Origin: Octopus bimaculoides
Lineage: Eukaryota
Length of the DNA stretch: 44,640 nucleotides
Direction: 5' to 3'
Assembly (NCBI RefSeq): GCF_001194135.2
Contig: NC_068997.1
Location: forward strand, 49,356,272 to 49,400,911
How positions within the stretch are numbered: position 1 is the stretch's first letter; each line of letters opens with the position of its first letter. The notes below the pieces were generated by a model. The model did not search any database. It was not told the origin of the DNA and saw only the letters and a program-made list of their open reading frames with translations. Of the stretch, positions 1 through 11,743 are shown piece after piece. Position numbers and translations under genes: made by a program.

Positions 1-3
1 CAG

Positions 4-34
<31 letters not shown>

Positions 35-410
35 GACATCCTCATGGTCATCATCATCATCATCGTCATCATCATCATCGTCATTATCTTCTTCAGTTTC
101 ATAATAATTTACGTTGTTTTCGTTTTCCTTGTCGTCATCATCATCGTCGTCCTCCCTCCCGCCTTCTTTTCCTCATCATCATAATCATTATCTTCATCAC
201 CGTCATCATCACCATCATCATTATCATCATTACCATCATTACAATCATTATCATCAATATCATCATTACTATCATCATCATCGTCAACGACGTCGTCATC
301 ATCATCATCGTCATCATGGAAATCATCACCATCACCACCGCCACCACCACCACCATCATCATCATCATGTTTCTATCACCATCACCATCGTCATTGTCGT
401 CGTCATCATC

Positions 411-441
<31 letters not shown>

Positions 442-490
442 ATAACATCAGTAGTAACATAAATAGCAATATTCAAGAACAACAATAGGA
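1..490. repeat. (CAG)n then degenerate (CAT)n trinucleotide tract
   Basis: Direct sequence; source of the spurious poly-His and poly-Met ORFs. Confidence 0.95.
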
Positions 491-793
491 TCTACGATTG
501 TTAAAGGATGTTTCTCAGATAGAAATGGATGACATTATTTGGTGAACCAGCATTCGGCGATAAATACATGTTTATCCTAAAAGATTGTTATTGGAAATTA
601 AAGAATTATTCTAAAATATTGCATTTTACAATTTGCTATTTTCAAGCGTCATCTTTTCGTTTTTGTTTTTTTTTTATTCAATCTTCCTCTTGTTAAAAGC
701 CTGATTTCAAACAGGAAATTACACTTTCATTAAATCGACCTTAGCACCGAAACCACTTCAATTTGGACAGTTTTGGTATAAATGCAACTTTCA

Positions 794-1143
794 GGATTTG
801 GTCGACGGAAACTGAGAGAAACCCGTCATATAATCGTGTGCGTGTGTGTCTCTTTCTGTGTGTATGTGTGTGTGAGAGAGTGTGTTTGTGTGTGCCTTTC
901 TGTGCGTGTCTTTCTCTGTGTGTGTATAAGTGTGTGGGGTGGGTCCATGCCCACTGTTCTCGGCTTGACAACTGATGTAGATTTGTTTATTTCCCCATAA
1001 CCTAACAGTTCAGCAAAATACACCGACATAATAACTGTCAGGCTTTAAAAATAAGTAATGCGGACGATTTATTCGAGTTAACCCTTCGAGGTTGTGCCCC
1101 ACCATGGACACAATCCAATGGATGAAGCATGCAAAATATAAAA
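794..1143 (+). mobile_element. SINE family A, body plus internal TG microsatellite plus 3' module (head missing)
   Basis: ggatttggtcgacggaaactgagagaaacccgtc matches the end of the 5' modules at 24240, 26575 and 29042. It is followed by (TG)-rich DNA, then a 3' module matching 21312-21510 and 22340-22545. Confidence 0.7.
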
Positions 1144-1432
1144 TGTTATATATAGTTTATATTTGTCCCATTATACAACGAAATTAAATAATCTATTTGC
1201 AAAGTTGTTTTAATTACTACGCAGTTACATTTCAATTCACGTTCGCCATTAACACGCTTAAGACATCCACAAAACATTGTACAACCTTATATAACCTTCT
1301 CGTAATAAGCCTTCAAGATATATTTCTGTAATTGCAAAACCAAAGACAATCGTTGCTGAATTAAGTGACAAAGTGTTGCTGAGCAGCAGTACGTATCGTG
1401 ATCTTCCTTACATCTTTTAATATATTTCGCTT

Positions 1433-1804
1433 GTGGAGGTGCAATGGCCCAGCGGTTAGGGCAGCGGACTCGCGGTCGTAGGATCGCGGTTTCGACTCCC
1501 AGGCCGGGCGTTGTGAGTGTTTATTGAGCGAAAACACCTAAAGTTCCACGAGGGGATGGTGGCGAACGCTGCTGTACTCTTTCTCTCACTCTTTCTTCCT
1601 GTTTCTGTTGTACCTGTATTTCAAAGGACCAGCTTTGTCACACTCTGTGTCACGCTGAATCTGCCTGAGAACTACGTTAAGGGTACACGTGTCTGTGGAG
1701 TGCTCAGCCACTTGCACGTTAATTTCACGAGCAAACTGTTCCGTTCATCGGATCAACTGGAACCCTCGTCGTCGTAATCGACAGAGTGCCAACTAACCAA
1801 CCAT
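1433..1804 (+). mobile_element. tRNA-derived SINE, family C, full length with 10-bp TSD
   Basis: A-box TGGCCCAGCGG (1445), B-box GGTTTCGACTCCC (1488). TSD TATTTCGCTT at 1423-1432 and 1805-1814. Collinear with the copy at 10626. Confidence 0.9.
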
Positions 1805-2314
1805 TATTTCGCTTATTCTATAAGCGAAATCTACCATAGTACGTATGAAAGTCTCCAAATCACGTTCCTTGTATATTAATCTGGGGTAATAAATGTTGTC
1901 TTATGTAATTTCATTATCAACTATGTATATCATATTATCAGAAAGTGTGATTCAATCAGTCTAAGTAAATTTGGAAATCTCTATATTAATTATATTCTAG
2001 AATAAAGCCTTGAGTTAATTTATTTCAGCTATTTATAATAATTCAATTAATATTATAAGTCTACAAATATTTATTACACGAGAAGAAGAAGAAAACTTAA
2101 CGAAAGAACAGTGAATATGTTAATTTATTTTAGAGTATATTGCCTCAAACAAATAATTTACTGTGTTATTACGTAGACATTGACGGAGTGAGAAAATAGA
2201 TTACTTTGAAAATTGATGGAATATGTATTCTAGTATCATTTACCATATGCCCTTGGAATTAATTTGTTTGCAAAATTAATCCGTAAATGCTGCTAAGAGA
2301 TATTTTTCGTCCTC

Positions 2315-2445
2315 CCCAGTGGAATGAAGCAACATGGAATGAAGCTGTTTGCTCAAGGACACGACTCGCCTCTCTCGGTAGGGATTCCAACAACCTAAGC
2401 ACTCAGCCACGATCGTGAGTTCAATGCCTTAACCCTAGGCCATGG
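2315..2445 (-). mobile_element. tRNA-derived SINE family D, degenerate 5' part
   Basis: Reverse complement gives tggcctagggttaagg...gtgtccttgagcaaacagcttcattccatgttgcttcattccactg, similar to 30229-30360. Confidence 0.6.
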
Positions 2446-3114
2446 ATCTCCATATATGACCAAGAGGCAAGAAATAGATAATAATTAGAGAATATCTAGC
2501 TTTATTATTGGGTTTAGTAAATGAGTAGAATTAATAATTTTGGAAAATGGCTGCATAAACGTGACATAAGGAGCGGAGTGCGGAGTAGACTAAACTTTTA
2601 AGTAAACGAGTTCAAATTTTGCAACAGTTAGATTTACTTTCGGACATTTTGGGTAGGAAACAAAGATTAAATAAAGTATCATTCGTATACTGAAGACTAA
2701 GAATGTCGGAAAGGCATTGACATCGCAATTTTCTAAGTGCTCAAGAATTAAAGAATTAAATCACTTAAAATTAGAAAATAATAGACAGGACATATCAAAA
2801 TCTCCATAGATACAATGTAGTGTGTATTACAGGCCACAAAAATCCCGCTAAAAATAAGGATTCCCGTGAATCGATAAGAGAACATTGATACGGTCTAATT
2901 TGGTTGATTCAGACCTTAGTACAATTTTTTTGAATAAAATTTGGAGATAGTCATGTATGAAACGGTTTTGAAAATGGATTTTCACGATTTGAGTTAACCC
3001 AGTTCAAAACAGCATGTTTTCATTGCTCCATATGTAGAAACCGAGTAGGAGAGATCTCTCCCAATTATTTAACACATGATAAACAGCTGTGTCTCAATTA
3101 CTGAACGGACTTAA

Positions 3115-3275
3115 GGCGGTGAGCTGGCAGAAACTTTAGTACGTCTGATAATACGCGTAACGGTTCGGTGTTTTACGCCCTGTGTTCAAATTGGTTGAGG
3201 TTAGCTATGCTGTTCATCCTTTCGGAGTCGATACAATAAAGTACCAGTCAAGTACAGGGGTCGGTGTAATCTACT
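3115..3275 (+). mobile_element. SINE family B, degenerate
   Basis: ggcggtgagctggcagaa head and catcctttcggagtcgatacaataaagtaccagt...ggggtcggtgtaatctact core, shared with 8017 and 31885. Confidence 0.7.
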
Positions 3276-3521
3276 GTAATCTGTGATACAATTCGAACCA
3301 ATTACTATACTGGGATATATTCTAATATCAAAGCATCTTTCTGTAATGTCTTTAATAAAAGGTTGAAAATTCAAGCAAAAGTTTAACTTCCAAAGCCATT
3401 GTGATTTAACGGACAAAGACAAACATGGAAGATTATTATACAGTGGAACTGTATCAGTCTTATGTTGCCAGAAGTATCGAAAAATATAACGCAATTGACT
3501 TCACTATTAAGAAATAAATGT

Positions 3522-3698
3522 GGCGAGCTGGCAGAATCGTTAGCGCATCGGACAAAATGCTTCGCGGCATTTTTTCCTGATGTCTTATATTCTGGGTTCA
3601 AACCCTACCAAGCTCAACTTTGCCTTCTATCTTTTAACTACAAAATGATAAAGTACCAGTCGTAGTACTGGCTCGATGGAATCGATTAAATCCCTTCC
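3522..3698 (+). mobile_element. SINE family B
   Basis: ggcgagctggcagaatcgttagc head, gggttcaaaccc B-box-like motif, aagtaccagtcgtagtactgg core. Confidence 0.75.
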
Positions 3699-3732
3699 GT
3701 TAGAAGATTTTCAGTTCTTGTGACATAAATTG

Positions 3733-3866
3733 TGAAAGCGCGTAGTCTGCTTTTGTACTCACGATTGCGCGATCGTGGTTTCGATTCCCTAACCGGCTGT
3801 GGCTTGTGTCCTTGGGCAGTAAAACACTTAATTTTACTTTGCCGCAGTCCACTCACCTGTAAATAG
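3733..3866 (+). mobile_element. SINE family D, 5' part
   Basis: gatcgtggtttcgattccc B-box followed by ttgtgtccttgggcagtaaaacact...cagtccactcacctgtaaat. Confidence 0.65.
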
Positions 3867-4410
3867 ATAACCTTGTGAGGGGTTAGCATGCAAGAGTGAG
3901 ATGGTGACTCAGGAAAATCATGCGAACGGACGTCTCACGAGCCATGTTTTGTATTCAATGATCGAAAGTATGAATAGAACAACCTCTGCTGAGAATCCCG
4001 ACTAGTTGGGGTAGGTTGTTCAGAAAAATCAAAAGATGCATGGCAGCCTAAGTTAGAAAATATTGTAAAGAAATAAATGAAAAGAGAATACAATGTACAT
4101 AATTGTGTATAAATCACGTTTTACCTTTAAGATTCAATCTAAAATCCGGCATATATTTTATCTAAAGGCCCTACAAAACCCCAATAATTAAACCTTTTAG
4201 CTCATGAACTCTTAATTTTGTGTATTTAACATTTCTGTTTTTAGCCCTTATTTAATCACATGTAATAACACATTTAATCATTTCATCTCATCTCATCCAT
4301 TAAGAAAAGTAACTGACAAATATCGGTCGTGTTGTCATGTACGCACCGCCTTCTCCACTACAACTTCTTTGGTATATTGAAGACACCCCCAATGCAACCA
4401 ATTAACATTC

Positions 4411-4413
<3 letters not shown>

Positions 4414-4476
<63 letters not shown>
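4414..4476. repeat. (GT)n microsatellite
   Basis: Pure dinucleotide run. Confidence 0.95.
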
Positions 4477-4477
<1 letters not shown>

Positions 4478-5568
4478 TGAGATCTGACAGTGTTTTAAAT
4501 ATTTCCATTTAGATTGCCAAAACTGTTGGTGAATAATTATAATTGGCGAGTAAATTAATATTAATAACGTAATATTATCGACAAATGAATCTCTGCAAAA
4601 ACAAAATGATCATATTACATTACAGCAGTTTCTACATCGTTTATAATTTCCTTCAATAGCTACAAATCCATAAAATATTCCTTTTGTTGTTTTAACCCTA
4701 CGGCATACCTTAACAATAAAATTTGTCGACAAACATCAAATTATAATGATAATTCCCGAATCCCTTAAGTTACGGTAAGTAAATATATCCTTGAAATTTG
4801 ATTGTCATGCACCATTATTGCACCATGCAGAATTAGAGCAAATCACCTCATTATAATTAACTTATATTATGGATATGTAATTTTTTTACGCCTTTGATAA
4901 ACTCCTAATACATATTTTAGACAAGAAAATGTATTTGATGTCGTAATTAAATATGGACGAGATGGTGTGTGTATATACTCGAGCAGCTGGAGTGTATTAC
5001 GTATTTTGTGATTTTGTTACAGCATGTGATGAAATTTTATTAAAATATGCTGTTGCCTGTGTTTAAATAGATCTGACAGAATTATAAAACACAGTTAATT
5101 AAGAGTTCGTTAATGAGGGTTTAATTTGCAAAGGGCTGCATAGGGATTTGATCACGTCTAGTTTTATTAGATATGTTAATGAGGAAATGTTAGGCTTTGA
5201 CTAGTTTGATGGAAATTTTAGCCAAGCATAGGTAACCTTAGATTTATGTTAGATTTCGCTGGTAGAAGTACTTAAGTATTAATCTGCGTTAACACCCTGA
5301 GTAGCTTTAACGGGTGTAGGAGTTCCACACATTTGCAAGCATCCGGGTCATGTTTCTGGTTGATGCTACCTTCTTTCTTCCCTCTCATAAATTTCGGGGG
5401 CCTTGGAAAGGGTATTAGACACTGATTTTGTCCTCACTAAAGTGGTAAAAGAAACAGTATTGATAACCACAGTCTTTAACTTAAATGGGAGTCAAATACA
5501 TATAACATAAGACTAAACGGCGTTTCTCTAAATAGTTAAACTGACGCATTTGCGTGTATTTGTTTCAG

Positions 5569-5722
5569 TTTGAATCCATGTTTTCGGAATAAATTACTTG
5601 CCAAGCATCTCGAAAATTCGTTGTGTAGTCAATGAGAAATATTGAAAGCCAATGCGAGACTGTTCCAAAGGAAACGTAATTTCCGATGGAGAAGTAATTA
5701 GACATAGTGAATACTGTTGAAG
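5569..5722 (+). other. Candidate non-coding (UTR or lncRNA) internal exon
   Basis: Branch-point CTGAC at 5541-5545, acceptor tatttgtttcag, donor AG|GTAAGA. All three frames contain stops. Confidence 0.4.
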
Positions 5723-6444
5723 GTAAGACCTAAGATATATTTAAAAAAAACAAAACAGACGGTGGGAGGAATGTGAAATGTGTGTGTTTGTGTGAAAGTC
5801 GTTTAGAGTCAGCAAAGATAGAGAATCGAAACCTTCATTAATAGCTTTATTTGGTTGTTTATATGAACACACTTACAAATAGTTGTTCTTTGAAATCAGA
5901 CTTTCTTTGATTGAGCAAAGATATGAGTAAAAGATGTTTCACGCGTGGCAATCACTTCATTATTCAGAGGTGTTTCCAAAACTTATTATCATGTGCACGT
6001 CCTCCTATAAGCCATTTGTGTGATTTAAAGGAGATTGCGCTGTTATTTCTAACGGATAACTCAATCCTGTACGTCACACATGTCCTGACAATGGCGGAAT
6101 TTAAAATCAATCAAAATATATTTACATAAAATCACGTTTCATAAGTATCGCGTGCATTCATTCGCTCTCTCATAAGTGAGAGAGAAAAAGGACACTAAAG
6201 GGAAAATATAGAGTGAGTGATCGACAGGAGGGGAATTAAAATGAATAAAAGCAGAAAGGTGAGAGTTTATTTCGTGACGGAGTCCTGTTCTAGGAAACAA
6301 ATTAAGAAGGAGGTGGGGTGGAAAAAAAAATTAGAAGAGCGAGTGATGATGTAGGGGTGTACTAAGGAGGACTAGGTATCATTAAAACGACTGTAGGTTC
6401 ATTGACAGTTGTAGAGTAATTGATATTCGGGAAATTGGCTAACC

Positions 6445-7030
<586 letters not shown>

Positions 7031-7504
7031 TTTGTATTAAACATTATGACAAAAAATAACGTTCTGTCTTTATTTTTTCCTGTTGGAAAACATTCCTTTC
7101 AAATTAATAAAACTGTCGTAATCTTTTATAACACGGAAATACTAGAAGCAGGATAATTAATAATTGCAGTCCATCAAAAGATATGGTACGACTAGACAGA
7201 ACATTCTGCCACCTTTATGCTGTGTTCAGAGGTGAGGAAAGGTCAGAATGTTTTGGTCATGGTAGGTAAATTTTTTTTAGTGCCTACGCATATGATTTGA
7301 TATAAATCATTTTTAAAGTTTAATATTACTGCATAGGAAAACAAAAAGCTTATGACTCGTGGCGTAGATTTTATGCTTCTTTGCGTCATTGGACTGCAGC
7401 CCAAGCTAGCGCACCAATTTGAAAAGTTTAGATGAACGAATCGAATCAATCTCAGGGCTTAATTTTTTTCATCTAGGGTGTTTTTCTATAGATCACTATT
7501 AATG

Positions 7505-7580
7505 AACCAACCACTAAGTTGCGGGAACGTGAACAAACCAATACCGGTTTTCAAGCAATAGTGGGGTGACAAATACACAC
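7505..7580 (-). mobile_element. SINE family A 3' module fragment abutting a microsatellite
   Basis: ccactaagttgcgggaacgtgaacaaacc...tcaagcaatagtggggtgacaaatacacac matches 22460-22545. Confidence 0.6.
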
Positions 7581-8016
7581 ACACACATATATATATGTAT
7601 ATATATATATGTGTGTATGTATGTATGCATGCATGTATGTATGCATGTATGTATGTAGCATGTATGTATGTGTGTATCTGTGTGTGCATACATAAATATA
7701 TAATTTTTCCATACATCATCGTGTGACAAACCCGAACGCGTCATGAGCAATGTTTCCGGGGGGGGGGGGCATTATGTATTTCGCGTCTTTCAATATTATG
7801 CAATCACACACAAATGATTCAGCTCTGGTTGATCAGGCTCCAAATTTTGTCCAGTTAGCCCTATGATAAAAGCACGACCCTTTCCAGGGCTCACACCCCA
7901 TGTTCTACACCCAGCTTGAAGCAACCCCTGTCACTTCTACAGTCAACTTGGTGGCGTTCTTCCAACTGTATAGTATATTGAAGAAAATCCTAATGCAACC
8001 ATTTAACATTGTGTAT

Positions 8017-8227
8017 GCGAGTGGCAGAATCGTTAGCGCACTGGACATACCGCTGTTTAACGGTATTTCGCCCGTCGCAATGTTCTGAGTTCAAATTCCA
8101 CCGAGGTCGACTTTGCTTTTCATCTTTTCGGGCTCGATAAATTAAGTACCAGTTGAGTACTGGGGTCGATGTAATCTACTACACCCTCCTCAAATCTGAG
8201 GTCTTGTGCCTAATAATAGAAAGGATT
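8017..8227 (+). mobile_element. SINE family B, near full length
   Basis: tggcagaatcgttagc head, gagttcaaattcc B-box, gaggtcgactttgc...gataaattaagtaccagttgagtactggggtcgatgtaatc core, gtcttgtgcctaataatagaaaggatt tail. Confidence 0.85.
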
Positions 8228-8229
8228 CT

Positions 8230-8455
8230 TTCTACTATCCCCTGGGAACTTTATACAGTGACTAATTTCCAAACTCTCAGCGACACACTTCCACGGTGAG
8301 TCCTTGCTTCCCTTTGCGTCCCTTGCTTCACACTGTTTTTGCTTCCCTTTGCTTTGGCACAACTCTACAAACTCAGTATGTTTCCCAAATTTGCATTCGT
8401 TATCCTCCTCAATGCGTTCCTCCAAGGGATAAGGTGTTCTAACAGGAACTCTGGT
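8230..8455 (-). mobile_element. Non-LTR retrotransposon relic, REL endonuclease C-terminus (HERO-like)
   Basis: With one frameshift reads [41 protein letters not shown]. This resembles the ELTVPWEERIEEAxERKxxKYxxLVxxCxxxGW pattern of HERO-type REL domains (recognised by eye). Confidence 0.6.
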
Positions 8456-8625
8456 GATAGATAGATAGATAAATAGATAGATAGATAGATAGACAGATAG
8501 ACAGATAGATAGATAGATATAGACACATACATACATACATGCATACATACATACATGCATACATACATACATACATACATACATATAAACAGACAGACAG
8601 ACATATATACATGTGTGTATTTGTG
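8456..8625. repeat. (GATA)n/(CATA)n/(CAGA)n compound
   Basis: Direct sequence. Confidence 0.95.
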
Positions 8626-9049
8626 AGTTAGGATTTTATGACTTCCTAGGCCATTACTCAATATTTTATAGCTCGTAGACACGTGACCAACTTTAACCTT
8701 ATATGGTATGAGATGCATTTCCTTGATTCTCCAAAGAAATATTTTTCGTGTAAATTTTTATGAATTGAATTAATACAAAGATTTGTGTGTGACGTGGGAA
8801 AGAAATCATTCTAGATATTATATTTCTGGGACAACGGCAGTATCTGGGAACTTCAGCTGCTTCCCCAGGTCAATTTTCAACTCCCAGTAGACCCGAGGGG
8901 AAGGGCTAGCAGTAGGCTCAGCTCATTCTTTTCACCTGGCCTAATGAGGTAATGAACTTGATTGGGCGGACATTCTTGCAATAATTAATTAATCCCACTT
9001 TGGATGTTGTCTCTAATGACACTCAAAACACAGTCCCGAGGGGTTTCTA

Positions 9050-9172
9050 CACAGTTTCCATCACAAGATTCTTCACAAGATTCCACTCCACAAGATTCCA
9101 CCCGGTGAGATTGAACCCGGGACCACGTCGTTGCAAAGCGAGCTTCTTAACCCCACAGCCATATTTGTGCCT
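9050..9172 (-). mobile_element. SINE family A-like tRNA head
   Basis: Reverse complement atggctgtggggttaagaagctcgctttgcaacgacgtggtcccgggttcaatc...gatggaaactgtgtagaaaccc. Contains three tandem CACAAGATTC copies. The element may extend to about 8830. Confidence 0.65.
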
Positions 9173-9569
9173 AAAGTTTAAAAAATAATAATGATCAATA
9201 AAGCCAAACTTAAGACAATTAATATCTGCTGGGCAAACATCCAAAATCTGGAATGTGATATTATTGGTTTGAATATTGCTTCCGTTTAACCTTATTTGGG
9301 ACGAATGGCGAACAGGTTGTTGTGTTTCATGATTTGTATGTTTGTTATTGTTGTTGTTGTTTAGACATAGGGCGGCTCTGATCGAGCATACTTGTAATCA
9401 AATTTACTGAAGCTAATATAATCAAGATTTGGGGTTTAATAAATTACTTCAATAGTTTTGTGTATCATAAAAAAGAAACTACGATAGATTTATTTTAATT
9501 ATAAGGAAAGATTTCAATAAGAAAAAACGTGCTTGTGCATACATAATACATACATACATGCATACACAC

Positions 9570-9600
<31 letters not shown>

Positions 9601-9879
9601 CATGCATACATACATACATACATAGTGGAATACAGGTATACATAATTGCATACGGACTTACATGCTTGCACACATGCATACACTCATACACTCGTACACA
9701 CAAAACTGCTTGTGCTGCNNNNNNNNNNTACATACATACATACATACATGCATACATACATACATACATAGTGGAATATAGGTATACATAATTGCATACG
9801 GACTTACATGCTTACACACACATGCATACACTCATACACTCGTACACACAAAACTGCTTGTGCTGCAGTTTATATAGAT

Positions 9880-10300
9880 CAATCACTCTTGTTATTGAAT
9901 ACTTACATTAACATTAACACAAGCCATATTGGTGGCACATTCCCATCAAAACATCTGTCAAGTGTAAGCGTAACAGACCGGATATTGTTGTTTGGGACAG
10001 ACAAGAAAAAGTGAGCAACGTCAGATTGGTCAGCTGTCCTCCTGATGTGAATATCTCTTCAGAAATTATAAAGAAAGCAGATAACGACAGATAACTACAT
10101 TGAAACCTCCAGCTTCTGTATTCAGATTATAATTAACATTTATACTAGCAATAATTGGTGTAGATTGTTCTGTTAGTAAAAGCCTAAAGGAAAAGCTAGA
10201 ATTTTCAGAGAAAGAAATCAACCAGCTAACTCGTATATTACAAATACAATCCGTAAATGGAAAGGTTAAAATATGCGAAAAACCGTTTGGCAAACGGTGA
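9880..10300 (+). mobile_element. Non-LTR retrotransposon relic, REL endonuclease domain to ORF end
   Basis: From 9927 reads YWWHIPIKTSVKCKRNRPDIVVWDRQEKVSNVRLVSCPPDVNI. After a stop and frameshifts it continues QLLYSDYN..TFILAIIG...SLKEKLEFSEKEINQLTRILQIQSVNGKVKIC. Shows the RPD..(E)xSCPxD REL core. Confidence 0.75.
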
Positions 10301-10369
10301 TGATGTTCTCCGTTAGCTAGCGGATCGGCAAAATATATCGATAAAATAAAAACTAGCAATAAAAGCAAT

Positions 10370-10465
10370 TAATTTCTGGGGTCGATTGGTTCAACTAAAA
10401 CCCTTCGAGGCGGTGTCTCAGCCTGGCCGCAGTCAAATGATTCAAGTAAGTAAATTATAAAGGAT
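10370..10465 (+). mobile_element. SINE family A 3' end fragment
   Basis: ctggggtcgattggttcaactaaaacccttcgaggcggtgtctcagcctggccgcagtcaaatga. Confidence 0.7.
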
Positions 10466-10625
10466 ATGTGCATATAAATAAGTACATGCACGTGAGCATA
10501 ATATAATCCACCGGATTATCTAAACTGCATTTGTAAGATGATTAGCTGTTATATCTAACAGGATCGTCGATCTCATAGAGGCAGCCCCGTTAGCTTGTGG
10601 ATACCCAATAATATATAGGAAGTCA

Positions 10626-11010
10626 GTGGAGGCGCAATGGCTCAGTGGTTAGGGCAGCGGACTCGCGGTCATAGGATCGCGGTTTCGATTCCCAGACCGG
10701 ACGTTGTGAGTGTTTATTGAGCGAAAACACCTAAAAGCTCCACGAGGCTCCGGCAGGGGATGGTGGCGAACCCTGCTGTACTCTTTCACCACAACTTTCT
10801 CTCACTCTTACTTCCTGTTTCTGTTGTGCCTGTAATTCAAAGGGTCAGCCTTGTCACAATCTGTGTCACGCTGAATATCCCCGAGAACTACATTAAGGGT
10901 ACACGTGTCTGTGGAGTTCTCAGCCACTTACACGTTAATTTCACGAGCAGGCTGTTCCGTTGATCAACTGGAACCCTCAACGTCGTAAGCGACGGAGTGC
11001 CAACAACACA
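10626..11010 (+). mobile_element. tRNA-derived SINE, family C, full length with 11-bp TSD
   Basis: A-box TGGCTCAGTGG, B-box GGTTTCGATTCCC. TSD ATAGGAAGTCA at 10615-10625 and 11011-11021. Short CAA-type tail. Confidence 0.92.
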
Positions 11011-11524
11011 ATAGGAAGTCATCACTGATATACTGGCTTCATATCCCGGAAAATTTCCACCCATATATTTAATACCATGAACCCGATTTCATAAATTAGC
11101 TTTAATTAACCCCCCCACCCTTTTTTGCATTATCTATTTTTCCTATCCTTTCTACCAAAGATTGGTTGAAGGTGATAAACACTACAAAGCTCGCCAATAA
11201 GTTCCCTCTAAGAACTGAATTCTGAAGTTTAACATAATATGTGTACAGAGACGAACTCATCAAAATGACATTGTATGTATTTATTATTAGTGGATTACAA
11301 TGTGGTTACATAAACCCACATTTCTACTCGTATAAATGGAAATAGTCAAGATCTTTTTGACTGACCGAAAAACTAATTGAATGAAAGAAACGACGATCAC
11401 AGTTTTGTAAAGACTTCTTCTATCGCACATAAATTAACATACTTCTAATTCTTCACATCTCGTATTTAGGGTTATAAAGTTTTATAGTTTTACACCTGAG
11501 AATAAATTAAACAAATTTTATGTG

Positions 11525-11743
11525 TATATGTATGAAGACCGTCATTCATATATATATTATGTGTGTCTGTGTGTATGTGTATGTATGTATGTTTGTAGAC
11601 AGGCAGTCTAGGTACGTAGGTAGGTAGGTACGTAGGTAGGTAGGTACGTGGGTAGGTAGGTACGTAGGTAGGTAGGTACGTTCGTACGTACGTATACATC
11701 TGTGCACAACATACAAACATGCATATATATACATGCGTGTGTG
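11525..11743. repeat. (TATG)n and (GTAG/GTAC)n compound ending at a large N gap
   Basis: Direct sequence. Confidence 0.9.

Noticed and set aside
1433-1510. tRNA gene-like segments with A and B boxes (also 10626, 29130-29200, 30229)
   Set aside because: There is no complete cloverleaf, and each continues into a repeated SINE body. These are SINE heads, not tRNA genes.
7790-7980. Minus-strand peptide ...RSDRGCFKL...FYHRANWTKF resembling the end of a LINE APE endonuclease
   Set aside because: Too short and degenerate to support without a profile search.
9558-9867. ~130-bp tandem duplication across an 11-N gap
   Set aside because: The near-identical copies with small differences flank a tiny gap; most likely two haplotypes or an assembly overlap.
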